A DNA stretch of 63,351 bases from an uncultured virus (IMG/VR IMGVR_UViG_2718217648_000002) (IMGVR_UViG_2718217648_000002:62001-125351), one strand, 5' to 3'. Shown: positions 30,139-40,574, counted from the stretch's first letter. Numbers and translations are program-made. The notes: generated by a model not told the origin, from the sequence alone.

Positions 30139-31616
30139 ACAACTTAGATTCTTATCCAAAGGAATTAGTTGAAAACAGGGGACAAATTGAAGGAAGCTTT
30201 ATATTTTGTTTATGGAAAAACCCTGATTTGTATGAGGATTATAAAGACCACGTGAGGGCGGATAGAGATTTTCTAACAGAAGACGGGAAATTTTATTACT
30301 CTCTAGGTTTAGAACTGAGCAACATGAATTATAAGAGCTTTGATGATGCGAGTGTTTTCAGCTACATAGAAGGTAAAGAAACATTAAAAAATGGTTTTAT
30401 TCGGCGAGGTGGAATGAAAACCATTGATGAACTCAAGCACGTACTAAACGATGAAAATGTTGAGACATACTATGATGAACTAATTAAATTTAACATGATA
30501 CTAAAGCTTCATGATAAGGGATTCAATGTTTCGAACGAGCTTGATAAATTCAAGAAGATGACGAGTCAACAATTGTACAGTTACTTTGAATTTCAATTAG
30601 ATAATGTTTTTCTAGGTCGCGGTTCAGGAGTGAAAATTGAGGATCTTGATTTGAATGAAGAGTTTGTCGAATCAATTGAAAACGGGGAAGAAATGGGATT
30701 AAGCTATTCAGCTGCATGTCCATTATTGAATTATCACACGCTTGGACTTCATAAATCTAATGTTCAAATTTTTGCTGGATTTAGTGGGACAGGGAAAACA
30801 AGTTTTTGTGTTTCTTCTTATATCATGTCAATTTTAGATCAGGGTGAAAAGGTAACAATTATCGCCAATGAAATGAATAAAAGGGCTTGGCAACATATTT
30901 TTATGGCAACAATTTTAAGTCATAAACTTGGTTATTATGGTTTGCCAAGAAAGAAACAAAAAATGGGCAACCTAAAGCATGAGCAAAAGGAAATGTTACA
31001 AAAGGCAATTGAATATTATGAGAAGCATTACAAGGGGCGTATCAAATTTGCCAAGATATATGATTACAGCATTAATGATGTAAAGAGAATAATGAGAAGA
31101 ATGGCAAAACAAGGCTTCGGTTATATGCTTTACGATACATTTAAAGCTGAAGATGCGGCTTCAACCAATGTAACAGGTGAGCTAATTGAAGCCTCAAAAC
31201 AGTTATTGCAAGTTGCGGAAAAAGAGGATATTTGCATCATCATTACAATGCAGTTGGCCATTTATATGGAGAATACGAGATATCTAACAGCGTCTTGTTT
31301 ATCAAATGCCAAAGCAGTTAAGGAGATTGTTTCAGAGTTAGTTCTAACAAGACCTTTATGGGAGGATGAATTCCCAGGAGGAAAATTCGATGTTAAACCC
31401 TATAGATTCAAAAAAGACTCGTCGGGAAAATTTACAAACATTAAAGAAGAAATTCAGTTAGACCCAAATAAGAAGTATAGATTATTCTTTTTGAATAAGA
31501 CACGGAATGACGAAGGCGATACAGTGTTGTTATACCAATTTGACGGTGCATGGAATAAATGGAATGAGCTCGGTTATTGTACTCCTAAACATCAGAGAAC
31601 TACAGAGCGGACATGA
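30135..31616 (+). CDS. yorI: DnaB-like replicative helicase
   Basis: AGFSGTGKT, IANEM, YDTFK, TMQL, KTRN. Confidence 0.85.
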   Translation: MNNLDSYPKELVENRGQIEGSFIFCLWKNPDLYEDYKDHVRADRDFLTEDGKFYYSLGLELSNMNYKSFDDASVFSYIEGKETLKNGFIRRGGMKTIDELKHVLNDENVETYYDELIKFNMILKLHDKGFNVSNELDKFKKMTSQQLYSYFEFQLDNVFLGRGSGVKIEDLDLNEEFVESIENGEEMGLSYSAACPLLNYHTLGLHKSNVQIFAGFSGTGKTSFCVSSYIMSILDQGEKVTIIANEMNKRAWQHIFMATILSHKLGYYGLPRKKQKMGNLKHEQKEMLQKAIEYYEKHYKGRIKFAKIYDYSINDVKRIMRRMAKQGFGYMLYDTFKAEDAASTNVTGELIEASKQLLQVAEKEDICIIITMQLAIYMENTRYLTASCLSNAKAVKEIVSELVLTRPLWEDEFPGGKFDVKPYRFKKDSSGKFTNIKEEIQLDPNKKYRLFFLNKTRNDEGDTVLLYQFDGAWNKWNELGYCTPKHQRTTERT

Positions 31617-31637
31617 TTACCAAGGGACGGTGAAATC

Positions 31638-32654
31638 ATGGACGTATATGATCTTAAGAATCACATTATTGAAAAGCCAGAGTACATAGTACTTATTTTA
31701 GAACAGACGGGGTTTTACAATGTTGATGAACGCGGGAATGAGTACAGATGTGCGAGAAAAAAAGGAAGAAATCCGACTTCAGTAAAAGTAAATAAAACCA
31801 CTTTAGGTGCAACCTGTTTTTCAACCAACTTAAAAGGTGACTTGATAACACTTGTTCAAAATAAATTGGGTTTATCTTTTCCCAAAACAATCAAAAGGAT
31901 ATCTGAAATAGTTGATTATAAAAGTGAAGAAGAATATAAACCACCTGAGTTACCATTCGGAGGTTTTTATAAGAATATAAGAAGACTAAGTAATCCAATG
32001 GATTTGGATCTAGAAACGTATTCCGATGACATTTTAGATCAATTTGTATCTGTTCCAAATAAGTTGTTTTATGAGGATGGAATATTACCTTTAACTCAAT
32101 CTTTGTTCCAGGTTGGTTACGATAGTGTTTCCGGAAGAATAACGGTGCCATGGAAATCTCTTAGTGGTGAATTGTGTGGTGTAATGGGGCGTCTTAATAA
32201 GAAGGAAGTTAATGATGAGGAAACAAAATGGCTGCCTATTATTTCATTTCCCAAGTCCAAAACGCTATACGGGTTTGTTGAAAATTACAGTTCAATTAGA
32301 GAAAAGAGCATTGTTATGATCGGGGAATCCGAAAAACATTCAATGGCCTTAGCAAGTAAGGGATTGAATGTTGGAGTTTCTTTAGGAGGCAGCTTTTTAA
32401 GTGAAATTCAAGCAAATCACATAAAATCAATGTTTCCGAAAAAGTCATTAGTCATGATGGATGAAGGATTAGGTGAAGAACATAGCGTAGAAATTGCCAA
32501 CAGCCTAAAGTTTGAAAATTTCTTTGAAAATGAAGTTGGGTACATATTTGATCGTGAAAACAAGTATCTGCCTAAGGGATCAAAAATGGCACCAGCAGAC
32601 CTTGATAAAAGCACTCTACACCGTCTAATCAGAGACTGTACAGTTTGGATATGA
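31638..32654 (+). CDS. yorJ: DNA primase (TOPRIM)
   Basis: RITVPW, GVMGR, IGESEK, MMDEG. Confidence 0.85.
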   Translation: MDVYDLKNHIIEKPEYIVLILEQTGFYNVDERGNEYRCARKKGRNPTSVKVNKTTLGATCFSTNLKGDLITLVQNKLGLSFPKTIKRISEIVDYKSEEEYKPPELPFGGFYKNIRRLSNPMDLDLETYSDDILDQFVSVPNKLFYEDGILPLTQSLFQVGYDSVSGRITVPWKSLSGELCGVMGRLNKKEVNDEETKWLPIISFPKSKTLYGFVENYSSIREKSIVMIGESEKHSMALASKGLNVGVSLGGSFLSEIQANHIKSMFPKKSLVMMDEGLGEEHSVEIANSLKFENFFENEVGYIFDRENKYLPKGSKMAPADLDKSTLHRLIRDCTVWI

Positions 32655-32669
32655 AAAGGAGATGATTGA

Positions 32670-33737
32670 TTGAAAGAAACATTAAATGAATTGAGACAAC
32701 AAGGGAAAAACATTTATTCCTTTTCAAAGCTTGGAACCTTTAATAACTGTGAATATGAATACTACAATACATACGTTTTGAAAAAGAAAGGCATAGATAA
32801 TATTTACACCCTTATGGGTTCTGAATTACATAACGGAATTGAACAGATTTATAAAAATGAATTAGACATTGGTGAATTTAAAAAGGGATTTGAAAATAGA
32901 TTAATTGAATTAGAGCTGAATGGAGTCAACTTTCCGAGTGACTCAATCGGAGACAGCTGGAAAGCAGACATTGGTCATTTCCTAAACAATTTTAATAAAA
33001 TTGACAGCAAAATGGTTTTAGAGAAGCTGCTTGTATTTGAAATATCAGATGGGATTTATCTTCAAGGATATGTAGATGCAATCCTTCCCAGTGAAAAAGG
33101 AAAACCATACGTTAGTATTTATGACTGGAAGACATCAAGTAAGTTTGCCGGCAAGAAATTAAATGAAGCAGGAAGACAGCTATTGATGTACAAGCTTGCA
33201 TTGGAGCAAACAACTGACTTAAAAGTAGATAAAATACTATGGTTCATGGTGAAATACGTTTATGTATGTACCCAAGGAAAAACCAAAGTGAAAAAGAAAA
33301 TGTGTAACAGAGGTAAGTGGGTAAAGGAAATACGAATGAAACTAGAAAAAGAGATGCGCACTTTGGAGTATGATGATTTCGAAATTGACCTATTGTTAGA
33401 TAACGCAGTAAAAGAAAATAGCATTGACTGCTTACCTGCCGAGATTAGAAATAAGTATTGGCTTGAAGATTGTTTAGTTGAATACGAAGTTACTGAAGAG
33501 AAAATTAATGAACTGAAAGATTATATTACTGGTACTGTTAAAAAGATTGAAAATAAAGACCGTGAAGATGAAACCCAATGGGAACCAGTGAAAATAGATA
33601 AATACAATTCCTTTTATTGCAGTGTCTTATGTGGTCACCGAAAAACATGCAAGTTTTATAAGGATTTTTTAAATAAATCATCAAATAAATTTAAGAAAAA
33701 GGATAAGACCGATTTGTTTGATAACCTATTTTCTTAG
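32670..33737 (+). CDS. PD-(D/E)XK nuclease, Cas4/AddB-like
   Basis: SFSKL...C, GSELH, E..GYVD..DWKT, QLLMY, C-terminal C..LC.HR..C. Confidence 0.8.
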   Translation: MKETLNELRQQGKNIYSFSKLGTFNNCEYEYYNTYVLKKKGIDNIYTLMGSELHNGIEQIYKNELDIGEFKKGFENRLIELELNGVNFPSDSIGDSWKADIGHFLNNFNKIDSKMVLEKLLVFEISDGIYLQGYVDAILPSEKGKPYVSIYDWKTSSKFAGKKLNEAGRQLLMYKLALEQTTDLKVDKILWFMVKYVYVCTQGKTKVKKKMCNRGKWVKEIRMKLEKEMRTLEYDDFEIDLLLDNAVKENSIDCLPAEIRNKYWLEDCLVEYEVTEEKINELKDYITGTVKKIENKDREDETQWEPVKIDKYNSFYCSVLCGHRKTCKFYKDFLNKSSNKFKKKDKTDLFDNLFS

Positions 33738-33743
33738 GGGGTA

Positions 33744-35468
33744 ATGATGAGGAAGATATTCTATGACTTTGAAGTTTTTAAACATAACTGGATGGTTGTG
33801 CTGATCGATTATGATACTAAAAAGGGTAAGGTTATTGTAGATGATGTTGATGAACTGAAACGATTCTATAAGATGTTTAAAGATGATATTTGGATTGGTT
33901 ACAACTCTAGAATGTACGACCAATACATTTTAAAGGGAATCCTGTTAGGAATGAATCCTTATTATATTAGTTCAAGAATTATTAATGATAATGTAAAGGG
34001 ATTTAATGTTGTTAGAGAAGGTTATAAGATCCCACTGAATAACTTTGACATAACAACTGGTTTCCACAGCTTAAAGCAGCTAGAAGGCTTTATGGGTTCA
34101 AGGATTAAGGAGTCATCAGTACCATTTGATATCGCAAGAGCATTAACAGAAAAAGAAATTAAGGAAGTTGTTGAGTACTGTATTCACGATGTGAAACAAA
34201 CAATTGAAGTGTTTGATAATAAAAAAGAGGAATTCGAAAGTCAATTGGCTTTAATTGAAGCCTTTGATTTAGAAATGTCTATGTTTACAAAGACAAAAGC
34301 CCAATTATCTGCATTTATCTTGGGGGCTGAAAAGCAAGGAAACAGGGGAGATGAGTTTGAACTTAGATTTCCTAATACATTAAAAATTGAAAAATACAAA
34401 CACATTGTTGATTGGTATAGAAATCCTGAAAATCTAGATTATAAAAAAAACTTAAAGGTTGATGTTGCAGGTGTACCTCATATTTTTGCCTGGGGAGGTT
34501 TACATGGGGCATTACCAAAGTATAAAGATGAAGGGATAATTTTATGTTGTGATGTTGCATCTCTATATCCTTCAATCATGATTGAATATGATTACATCAG
34601 TCGTAACGTGAAAAACCCTTTGAAATATACTGAAATCAGAGATACACGGTTAGAATTAAAACGCAAAAAAGATCCTAAGCAGGCTCCCTACAAGATCGTC
34701 CTAAACTCAACGTATGGAGCAATGAAAGATCAGTATAATCCACTTTATGACCCGTTAATGGCCAATAACGTATGTTTAGCCGGGCAGCTGTTGTTATTAG
34801 ATTTGATCGAGAAAATTGAACCGTATTGTAAACTGATTCAGTCAAATACTGATGGGTTGTTTATGAAAGTTGAGAAAGAATCTGATATTGATTTAATTAA
34901 GGAAGTGGCGAAGGAGTGGGAAACCAGAACACGATTAGATTTAGAGTGGGATGTTTATGAGAAGATTTATCAGAAGGATGTAAACAACTATATAATCATT
35001 GATAAAGACCAGAAGTATAAATCTAAAGGTGCTTATGTTAAAAAACTAAACAACCTGGATTATGACTTACCAATTGTTAATAAAGCTATGATTGAGTATT
35101 TTACAAAAGATATTCCAGTTGAAAAAACCATCAATGAATGTGATCAGTTAAGAGAATTTCAAAAGATATCAAAGGTTTCAAACAAATATATGTACGCTCT
35201 CTATGGAGAAGAAAGGCTACCTGAAAAAGTTTTAAGAGTTTTTGCTTCTAATGATGAAGATGCTAAAGGTGTTTTCAAGGTTAAAACAGAAGAACGAATT
35301 GAAAAAATCGGAAATACTCCACCGCGCTGCTTTATAAATAATGATAACGTTATTGATTTAAAAGTTCCTGATTATCTTGATAAGGAATATTACATAGAGA
35401 TAGCCAAAAAACGAATAAATGATTATTTAGGAATATCGAATAGAAAGAAAACAAAGAAGGAGAAGTGA
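33744..35468 (+). CDS. Family-B DNA polymerase with 3'-5' exonuclease
   Basis: YDFE, GYN..YD, YC..D exonuclease motifs; DVASLYPS, KIVLNSTYG, NTDG polymerase motifs. Confidence 0.85.
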   Translation: MMRKIFYDFEVFKHNWMVVLIDYDTKKGKVIVDDVDELKRFYKMFKDDIWIGYNSRMYDQYILKGILLGMNPYYISSRIINDNVKGFNVVREGYKIPLNNFDITTGFHSLKQLEGFMGSRIKESSVPFDIARALTEKEIKEVVEYCIHDVKQTIEVFDNKKEEFESQLALIEAFDLEMSMFTKTKAQLSAFILGAEKQGNRGDEFELRFPNTLKIEKYKHIVDWYRNPENLDYKKNLKVDVAGVPHIFAWGGLHGALPKYKDEGIILCCDVASLYPSIMIEYDYISRNVKNPLKYTEIRDTRLELKRKKDPKQAPYKIVLNSTYGAMKDQYNPLYDPLMANNVCLAGQLLLLDLIEKIEPYCKLIQSNTDGLFMKVEKESDIDLIKEVAKEWETRTRLDLEWDVYEKIYQKDVNNYIIIDKDQKYKSKGAYVKKLNNLDYDLPIVNKAMIEYFTKDIPVEKTINECDQLREFQKISKVSNKYMYALYGEERLPEKVLRVFASNDEDAKGVFKVKTEERIEKIGNTPPRCFINNDNVIDLKVPDYLDKEYYIEIAKKRINDYLGISNRKKTKKEK

Positions 35469-36190
35469 TATGCATCGCCATTAAGAGTAAAAATAAAATT
35501 AAAACACACATTTTCAAGTCTGTTTATGGTATGATGATTTTGATTCCCTTAACCACTTTTTCTTACATAAGTTATGAGCAACATTTACATAAAACAGAGG
35601 GAAATGAAGACTCAATAAAAGAATCATTTTATAAGAAGCCTAGACAGATTAGGATACCATCAAGTGAGAATATTGTCTTACGGCTATTTAAAAAAGCTCA
35701 AACTAACAAAGAACAGCAATTAAAAAGGCATACAGAGAAGATTATCTCAGCAAAACTCATTAAACCTAAGCAAAGTAAAAAAAGGCACAGGAAGGGAGGT
35801 GAGACGGTAAAGCATAAACTTTTTAAGAGTAAAAATAAAATTAGTATTAAAGAAAAAGAAAACAAGCCACCGGCCGCAAAGAAAACCATCCAGGTTAAGC
35901 TGAGTGCTTATATTGCCCACTGCCAAGAAGGATGCACAGGAACAACTAGAACAGGTGTTGATGTCACTCAATCAATCTATTACAAAGGGTATCGTGTTAT
36001 TGCAACCGACCCTAGTGTTATTCCCTTGAATTCAATAGTTGAAGTAAGCATTGGTGGGAAAAAGTTCAAAGCAATTGCAATTGATACTGGAGGAGCAATT
36101 GTTGGAAATAAAGTGGACTTGCTTGTAGCAACCGAGCGTGACGCAATTAATTTTGGCAAGCAAAAGGGGACAATCTCAATTATTAGTTAG
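35465..36190 (+). CDS. yorM: 3D-domain (lytic transglycosylase-like) protein YorM
   Basis: SAY..C.GC.GTT.TG, IATDPSVIPL, DTGGAI.GNKVD. Confidence 0.85.
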   Translation: MICIAIKSKNKIKTHIFKSVYGMMILIPLTTFSYISYEQHLHKTEGNEDSIKESFYKKPRQIRIPSSENIVLRLFKKAQTNKEQQLKRHTEKIISAKLIKPKQSKKRHRKGGETVKHKLFKSKNKISIKEKENKPPAAKKTIQVKLSAYIAHCQEGCTGTTRTGVDVTQSIYYKGYRVIATDPSVIPLNSIVEVSIGGKKFKAIAIDTGGAIVGNKVDLLVATERDAINFGKQKGTISIIS

Positions 36191-36201
36191 GAGGCGATTA
36201 A

Positions 36202-36405
36202 TTGCCGAAGTTTTGGTCTTATCCAGAAGGGTTAAAAGTCATCATAAATGAGAATGCAAAGAACGCTTGTCCTCATCATGTTGGACGGGAAGGGAAAATT
36301 ATTGAGCTGCTACACTCTGCCACATATGATTACGCAGTCAGTGATGAAACAGGTGATATTACATTCTTCAAGGAGCATGAATTAAATCCAGCTAAAGGAG
36401 GTTGA
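36202..36405 (+). CDS. yorP: YorP-family protein
   Basis: MPKFWSYPEGLKV...CPHHVGREG. Confidence 0.8.
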   Translation: MPKFWSYPEGLKVIINENAKNACPHHVGREGKIIELLHSATYDYAVSDETGDITFFKEHELNPAKGG

Positions 36406-36409
36406 TTGT

Positions 36410-36568
36410 ATGTTTAAAAAGGGAGAGAAGGTGATTGCTGGTTTCACAGGAGAGATTGGTGTTGTTGCACAAGTTGATAAAGGACATGAGCAATTAGAAG
36501 TTGAGTATCCAGACGGCTCATATAGAGTGATTGGCTTCAGCAATGTAAGAAGGGTGGAAGATAAATGA
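36410..36568 (+). CDS. 52-aa protein (YorQ-like)
   Basis: MFKKGEKVIAGFTGEIG...; GGAGG RBS. Confidence 0.7.
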   Translation: MFKKGEKVIAGFTGEIGVVAQVDKGHEQLEVEYPDGSYRVIGFSNVRRVEDK

Positions 36569-37092
36569 CGATGATTATTTTAGAAGGCACTGACTGCTGC
36601 TACAAATCAACAGTAGCAGATAAGCTAAGCAAAGAACTCGGATATCCGGTAATAAAAGGATCCAGCTTTGAATTAGCTAAGAGCGGTAATGAGAAGCTGT
36701 TTGAACACTTTAGCAAGCTGGCTGATGAGGACAATGTAATTATTGACCGATACATATATTCAAATTTAGTTTATGCGAAGAAGTTCAAGGATTACTCAAT
36801 CTTAACGGAAGAGCAACAAAGGGTCATCGAGGAGAAGATTAGGGATAAAGCCAAGGTGATCTACTTACATGCTGATCCGAAAGTTATTAAGCAGCGTTTA
36901 CTTGAACGTGGTGACGAATACATAAATGATCGTGATATTGAGCCGGTATTAGGATTATACAGAGAAGTAATGAGCGATGTTGGGTTACATACATATTCAT
37001 GGGATACAGAACAGTGGTCTAGCGAAGAAATTGCTAAAGGCATAATCTTTTTAACGGATGGGGTGATTTATGAAGAAAGTAATTGCAATTGA
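36565..37092 (+). CDS. yorR: Nucleotide kinase YorR
   Basis: EGTDCCYKST P-loop variant, IIDR. Confidence 0.8.
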   Translation: MTMIILEGTDCCYKSTVADKLSKELGYPVIKGSSFELAKSGNEKLFEHFSKLADEDNVIIDRYIYSNLVYAKKFKDYSILTEEQQRVIEEKIRDKAKVIYLHADPKVIKQRLLERGDEYINDRDIEPVLGLYREVMSDVGLHTYSWDTEQWSSEEIAKGIIFLTDGVIYEESNCN

Positions 37093-37588
37093 CATGGATC
37101 AAGTTTTAGCCGATTTACTAAGTGATTGGGTAGCCTACATTAACACCTATGATGATCCTTTTCTAAAAGAGGAAGATATACTGTGCTGGGATATTAGCAA
37201 ATATTCAAATACCCAAAACAATGTTTACAGGCATTTGGATTACGAATTATTCAGAAATCTGGATGTTATAGAAGGAAGTCAGAGAGCAGTTAAGGAGCTG
37301 GCGAAGAAATATGAAGTATATGTTGTTACTACAGCAACAAACCATCCAGAATCCCTTAAAGCAAAGTTAGAATGGCTCACAGAGCATTTTCCATATATTC
37401 CACATAGTAATGTTGTGCTTTGTGGCAATAAAAACATAATTAAAGCAGACATCATGATTGATGACGGAGTGCATAACTTAGAAACATTTGATGGAATGAA
37501 GATACTATTTGATGCACCGCATAACAGGAATGACAATAGATTTATTCGTGTTATGAATTGGGAGGAGATTGAACGGAAATTACTTTAA
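37070..37588 (+). CDS. yorS: 5'(3')-deoxyribonucleotidase (HAD)
   Basis: IAIDMDQVLAD, K.EWL.EHFP, IDD. Confidence 0.88.
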   Translation: MKKVIAIDMDQVLADLLSDWVAYINTYDDPFLKEEDILCWDISKYSNTQNNVYRHLDYELFRNLDVIEGSQRAVKELAKKYEVYVVTTATNHPESLKAKLEWLTEHFPYIPHSNVVLCGNKNIIKADIMIDDGVHNLETFDGMKILFDAPHNRNDNRFIRVMNWEEIERKLL

Positions 37589-37650
37589 AATATCATTATA
37601 TTTAGAGTGAAAATAAAGTTAAAAGGAGTGAATTAACACTCCTTAGTAAA

Positions 37651-37998
37651 CTAACGTGCTTCTACTGTAATTTTATAAATCACATAATTGTCGTTAATGT
37701 CATACGCGTAAACCAATGCTGTGCCCAAAGTTGAATGAGAGGATACGACACCACTGGAACTAATGCTTATAAGGTTGCTTCCAGATACAATTTCCCATCG
37801 GGTGTAGCCTTTTAATAGAGATACGTTAGAATTCCTCAGCATGTGAAAATCAACTGTACCAAGCGGATCACCTAGCTGCTTAACTTGATCAATTGATTTG
37901 ACAGGGGTTAAAGCAGAAGCCTGTGATGTGAATGCAGGGAGTGCTAGTGCTGTAAGCAATAGAGCAGAAACAATCAATCCTTTGTAAAACTTTTTCAT
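37651..37998 (-). CDS. Secreted protein with Ig-like domain (moron)
   Basis: Sec signal ending ASA; W.IVSG...ISSSGVV. Confidence 0.75.
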   Translation of the reverse strand: MKKFYKGLIVSALLLTALALPAFTSQASALTPVKSIDQVKQLGDPLGTVDFHMLRNSNVSLLKGYTRWEIVSGSNLISISSSGVVSSHSTLGTALVYAYDINDNYVIYKITVEAR

Positions 37999-38123
37999 AA
38001 GAATTACCTCCTAGGTTTTGATTGTGATTACATCTCCAGTCTAGCATGTTAAATATTTGAAATGTGTGAAGTGTTTGTGAAACTGTTTAAAATATCTCTT
38101 TTAAAGAGAAAGGGGAGACTGTA

Positions 38124-38675
38124 ATGGGTTATAGACATTATATGTATAAAATCAGCAAGGAACTTGTAAACGAAATAAAATCAATGAATTACAATGAATT
38201 GTCCAAAAAGTTCGGTGCAATAGGAGAAGAAGGTTATTTCTATATAGGTAACCTGCCTAAAGAGGAAATTTGGGAGTTTGGGAAGTTGTATTGGGATGAT
38301 ACAGCCGACCGCATTTATTCAAAGGGACACCCTCTCTTTGAAAGAGAAGAAGTTATGAATGAATTATCGGATTATGTTCCATATATTGTTGGTAAAGAAG
38401 GGCTTGAAGAAGCTATTGAAATTTATAAAAACAAAGTCATTGCAATGTACGAGAACTTGCTTATTGATGATAAAAATGGAACTGCTTCAGTAAAACAAGA
38501 GCAGCATATTAAGAACAACTTATCTGAGTGGACTAGAGGATGGGCGTTAAATACGGATATTAATGATTCATGGCTAACATCTTCTTGGAAATATGAATAC
38601 AGTATTTTTGAGCTGGTCAGATTATTAAAAACCATAGATTTTGAGAAAGAGACAATATTATTTTACGGTTGGTGA
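38124..38675 (+). CDS. Hypothetical phage protein
   Basis: ORF with RBS between two junction motifs. Confidence 0.8.
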   Translation: MGYRHYMYKISKELVNEIKSMNYNELSKKFGAIGEEGYFYIGNLPKEEIWEFGKLYWDDTADRIYSKGHPLFEREEVMNELSDYVPYIVGKEGLEEAIEIYKNKVIAMYENLLIDDKNGTASVKQEQHIKNNLSEWTRGWALNTDINDSWLTSSWKYEYSIFELVRLLKTIDFEKETILFYGW

Positions 38676-38715
38676 TCTAAATAAAAGATCAATTTTATCG
38701 AAATGAGGGTGTGAA

Positions 38716-38994
38716 ATGGAAGTTAGATGGTTAGTTATTTTTAATGATTGTAAAACCGGCAGTTCTTTGAGTGAGCTTACATATAGTAAGGATGGGGAAG
38801 GAAACCACCTAAGATTAGAGTCAATGGTGCCTCGTACAGGTGACTATATTGTAGGAGGAGATCTGTCATCAGATATAAATGATAAGAGGTGCTTTATTGT
38901 GAAAAATGTCTTCTGGAATCTAGATAGGAGAGATATAGAGGTTTATCTAGATGAGGTTGACAGGACTGTTTTTCCTTTATATAAATCGCTATAA
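38716..38994 (+). CDS. Hypothetical phage protein
   Basis: ORF between two junction motifs. Confidence 0.7.
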   Translation: MEVRWLVIFNDCKTGSSLSELTYSKDGEGNHLRLESMVPRTGDYIVGGDLSSDINDKRCFIVKNVFWNLDRRDIEVYLDEVDRTVFPLYKSL

Positions 38995-39031
38995 AATTTG
39001 TCTTTTAAAGAGTAAAAATAAAATATAAGAG

Positions 39032-39259
39032 GTGGAGTCTGTAGTGAACTACCCAGAAAGCTTAAAAGAGGAAGCCGAAAAAATTAAAGATGAAGTAAGA
39101 AGCGGCAAATTAGACGAGGGGAAAATAAAAGCCATTGCTAAGTCTGCAGTTGAGTTTTTAAGATCTCAAGAAAAGAGTCATGCTCATTGTGCAGAAGTTG
39201 CTGGAGCGATTGCTGCAAACCTAGATGAGTTCTTCAAGTCTTATCTAAAAGAAGATTAA
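39032..39259 (+). CDS. Hypothetical phage protein
   Basis: ORF with GAGGTGG RBS (start may be GTG 39044). Confidence 0.65.
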   Translation: MESVVNYPESLKEEAEKIKDEVRSGKLDEGKIKAIAKSAVEFLRSQEKSHAHCAEVAGAIAANLDEFFKSYLKED

Positions 39260-39296
39260 TACAACAAGATAACAAGAAAGGATAAAGGGATGTTTA

Positions 39297-39524
39297 TTGA
39301 AAAGGTACTATGTTAGATGTAAAGATCACAAAGGCGAAAACGCGTCTTTGGTAATTGAAGCAATGTCTACAGAAGAGGCTAAACGGAAGGCATTAGACAT
39401 ACATAAGGTAAAGACTGTTTATAACGTGAGCATTGGGGAAGGTAGGGGGACAAATTGCCTTCAGAGAAAACATTCGCCGTACATAAAGAATGACAACGGG
39501 AAAGCTATAATCATATTCTCGTAG
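39297..39524 (+). CDS. Hypothetical phage protein
   Basis: ORF, TTG start. Confidence 0.65.
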   Translation: MKRYYVRCKDHKGENASLVIEAMSTEEAKRKALDIHKVKTVYNVSIGEGRGTNCLQRKHSPYIKNDNGKAIIIFS

Positions 39525-39536
39525 AGGAGGTATCGG

Positions 39537-39722
39537 ATAATTAGGGATACTGCCAGGGATATCATTAATAATGACGTTGATGAGATTGAGGAAATATTAG
39601 ATAAGCTTTGGGTTTATTTAGAGAACAATTTAAGGCCAGAGGATAACCGTATATGGAAGAGGTGTGATTCGGATATTTTGGCAGCAACAGTAAAGCTAAG
39701 AAATTTAAAAGAAACTTTTTAA
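39537..39722 (+). CDS. 61-aa protein with ATA/ATT start
   Basis: GGAGG RBS then IIRDTARDIINNDVDEIEEILDKLW...KETF. Confidence 0.55.
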   Translation: MIRDTARDIINNDVDEIEEILDKLWVYLENNLRPEDNRIWKRCDSDILAATVKLRNLKETF

Positions 39723-39771
39723 GAATAAAAATAAAATAGTTGTTGATTGTTTGAGAGAATGCGAGTATATT
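39723..39771 (+). promoter_or_regulatory. SPBRE-associated sigmaA promoter
   Basis: GAATAAAAATAAAAT 39723; TTGATT 39743, 17 bp, TATATT 39766. Confidence 0.7.
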
Positions 39772-39797
39772 AGAAATATAAGAATCGAGGTGATGCA

Positions 39798-39983
39798 TTG
39801 GAGTGTGTTAAATGCAAGGATCACATTGGCGAAATCGTTTATTACATAAGAATAGCTGACAACAAAGAATATAAGGAATTCGCGGTACATAAAGAATGCG
39901 GAGAAGCAATCAAGAAAGAATGCATTGAAAATTGTAAAGACATGAAATTAGAAAAGACATTGGATTACTTGCAGTTACTTTAA
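39798..39983 (+). CDS. Small Cys/His protein
   Basis: CVKC...HKEC; GAGGTG RBS. Confidence 0.7.
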   Translation: MECVKCKDHIGEIVYYIRIADNKEYKEFAVHKECGEAIKKECIENCKDMKLEKTLDYLQLL

Positions 39984-40029
39984 GAGTAAAAATAAAATAT
40001 TCCTTTTATCGAGAATGGAGAGATGCTAA

Positions 40030-40254
40030 ATGGATAAATTGAAAGTTTGTTTACATAAAAAAGGTGCTCATACGTTAGAAAGAACTGTTAATGGAGGCTG
40101 GATATTAGATTCAAAACCAATTACTCAGGATCAAGCAATTAATGAACTAGTTGAAGCGGTTAGTGATTTAGGATATTGGTGCCAAGTAGCAAAGGATGTT
40201 TTAGATAATGAAGACTTTAATGCAGTTCAAGAGGCGTATGAATACCATGAGTAA
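40030..40254 (+). CDS. Hypothetical phage protein
   Basis: ORF with GGAG RBS. Confidence 0.65.
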   Translation: MDKLKVCLHKKGAHTLERTVNGGWILDSKPITQDQAINELVEAVSDLGYWCQVAKDVLDNEDFNAVQEAYEYHE

Positions 40255-40286
40255 TAATCTAGTCCATTATAAGAAGGGAGAATGAA

Positions 40287-40457
40287 ATGTCATATTTGGT
40301 GCTGGGACTAATCTTGTTCGGTTCAATATTCATAGGTAATGGACTTACAAGTTTAGTTGAGAATAAAAACTTTAAAGAAGCCTTGCCATTTTATCTCACT
40401 GTTTTCTTAATGGGAGCTTGCTCGCTCCTTATCGGATTTATTCTTACAGTGATATGA
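40287..40457 (+). CDS. 56-aa two-TM membrane protein
   Basis: MSYLVLGLILFGSIFIG...; GGGAG RBS. Confidence 0.6.
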   Translation: MSYLVLGLILFGSIFIGNGLTSLVENKNFKEALPFYLTVFLMGACSLLIGFILTVI

Positions 40458-40574
40458 ACAAGATGAAGGGAAATAGTGAAAGGAAATATAAATGATTTCC
40501 TGGGAAAGCGCAGTATGCGACAAATTGGAACAAATGATGTCTTTAGGTGATAAACAAAAAAGGAGCATAGAGCC

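Noticed and set aside
35616..35631. Perfect TAAAA-GAATCA-TTTTA inside yorM
   Set aside because: Intragenic and without the usual flanks; compatible with the roughly one chance copy expected.
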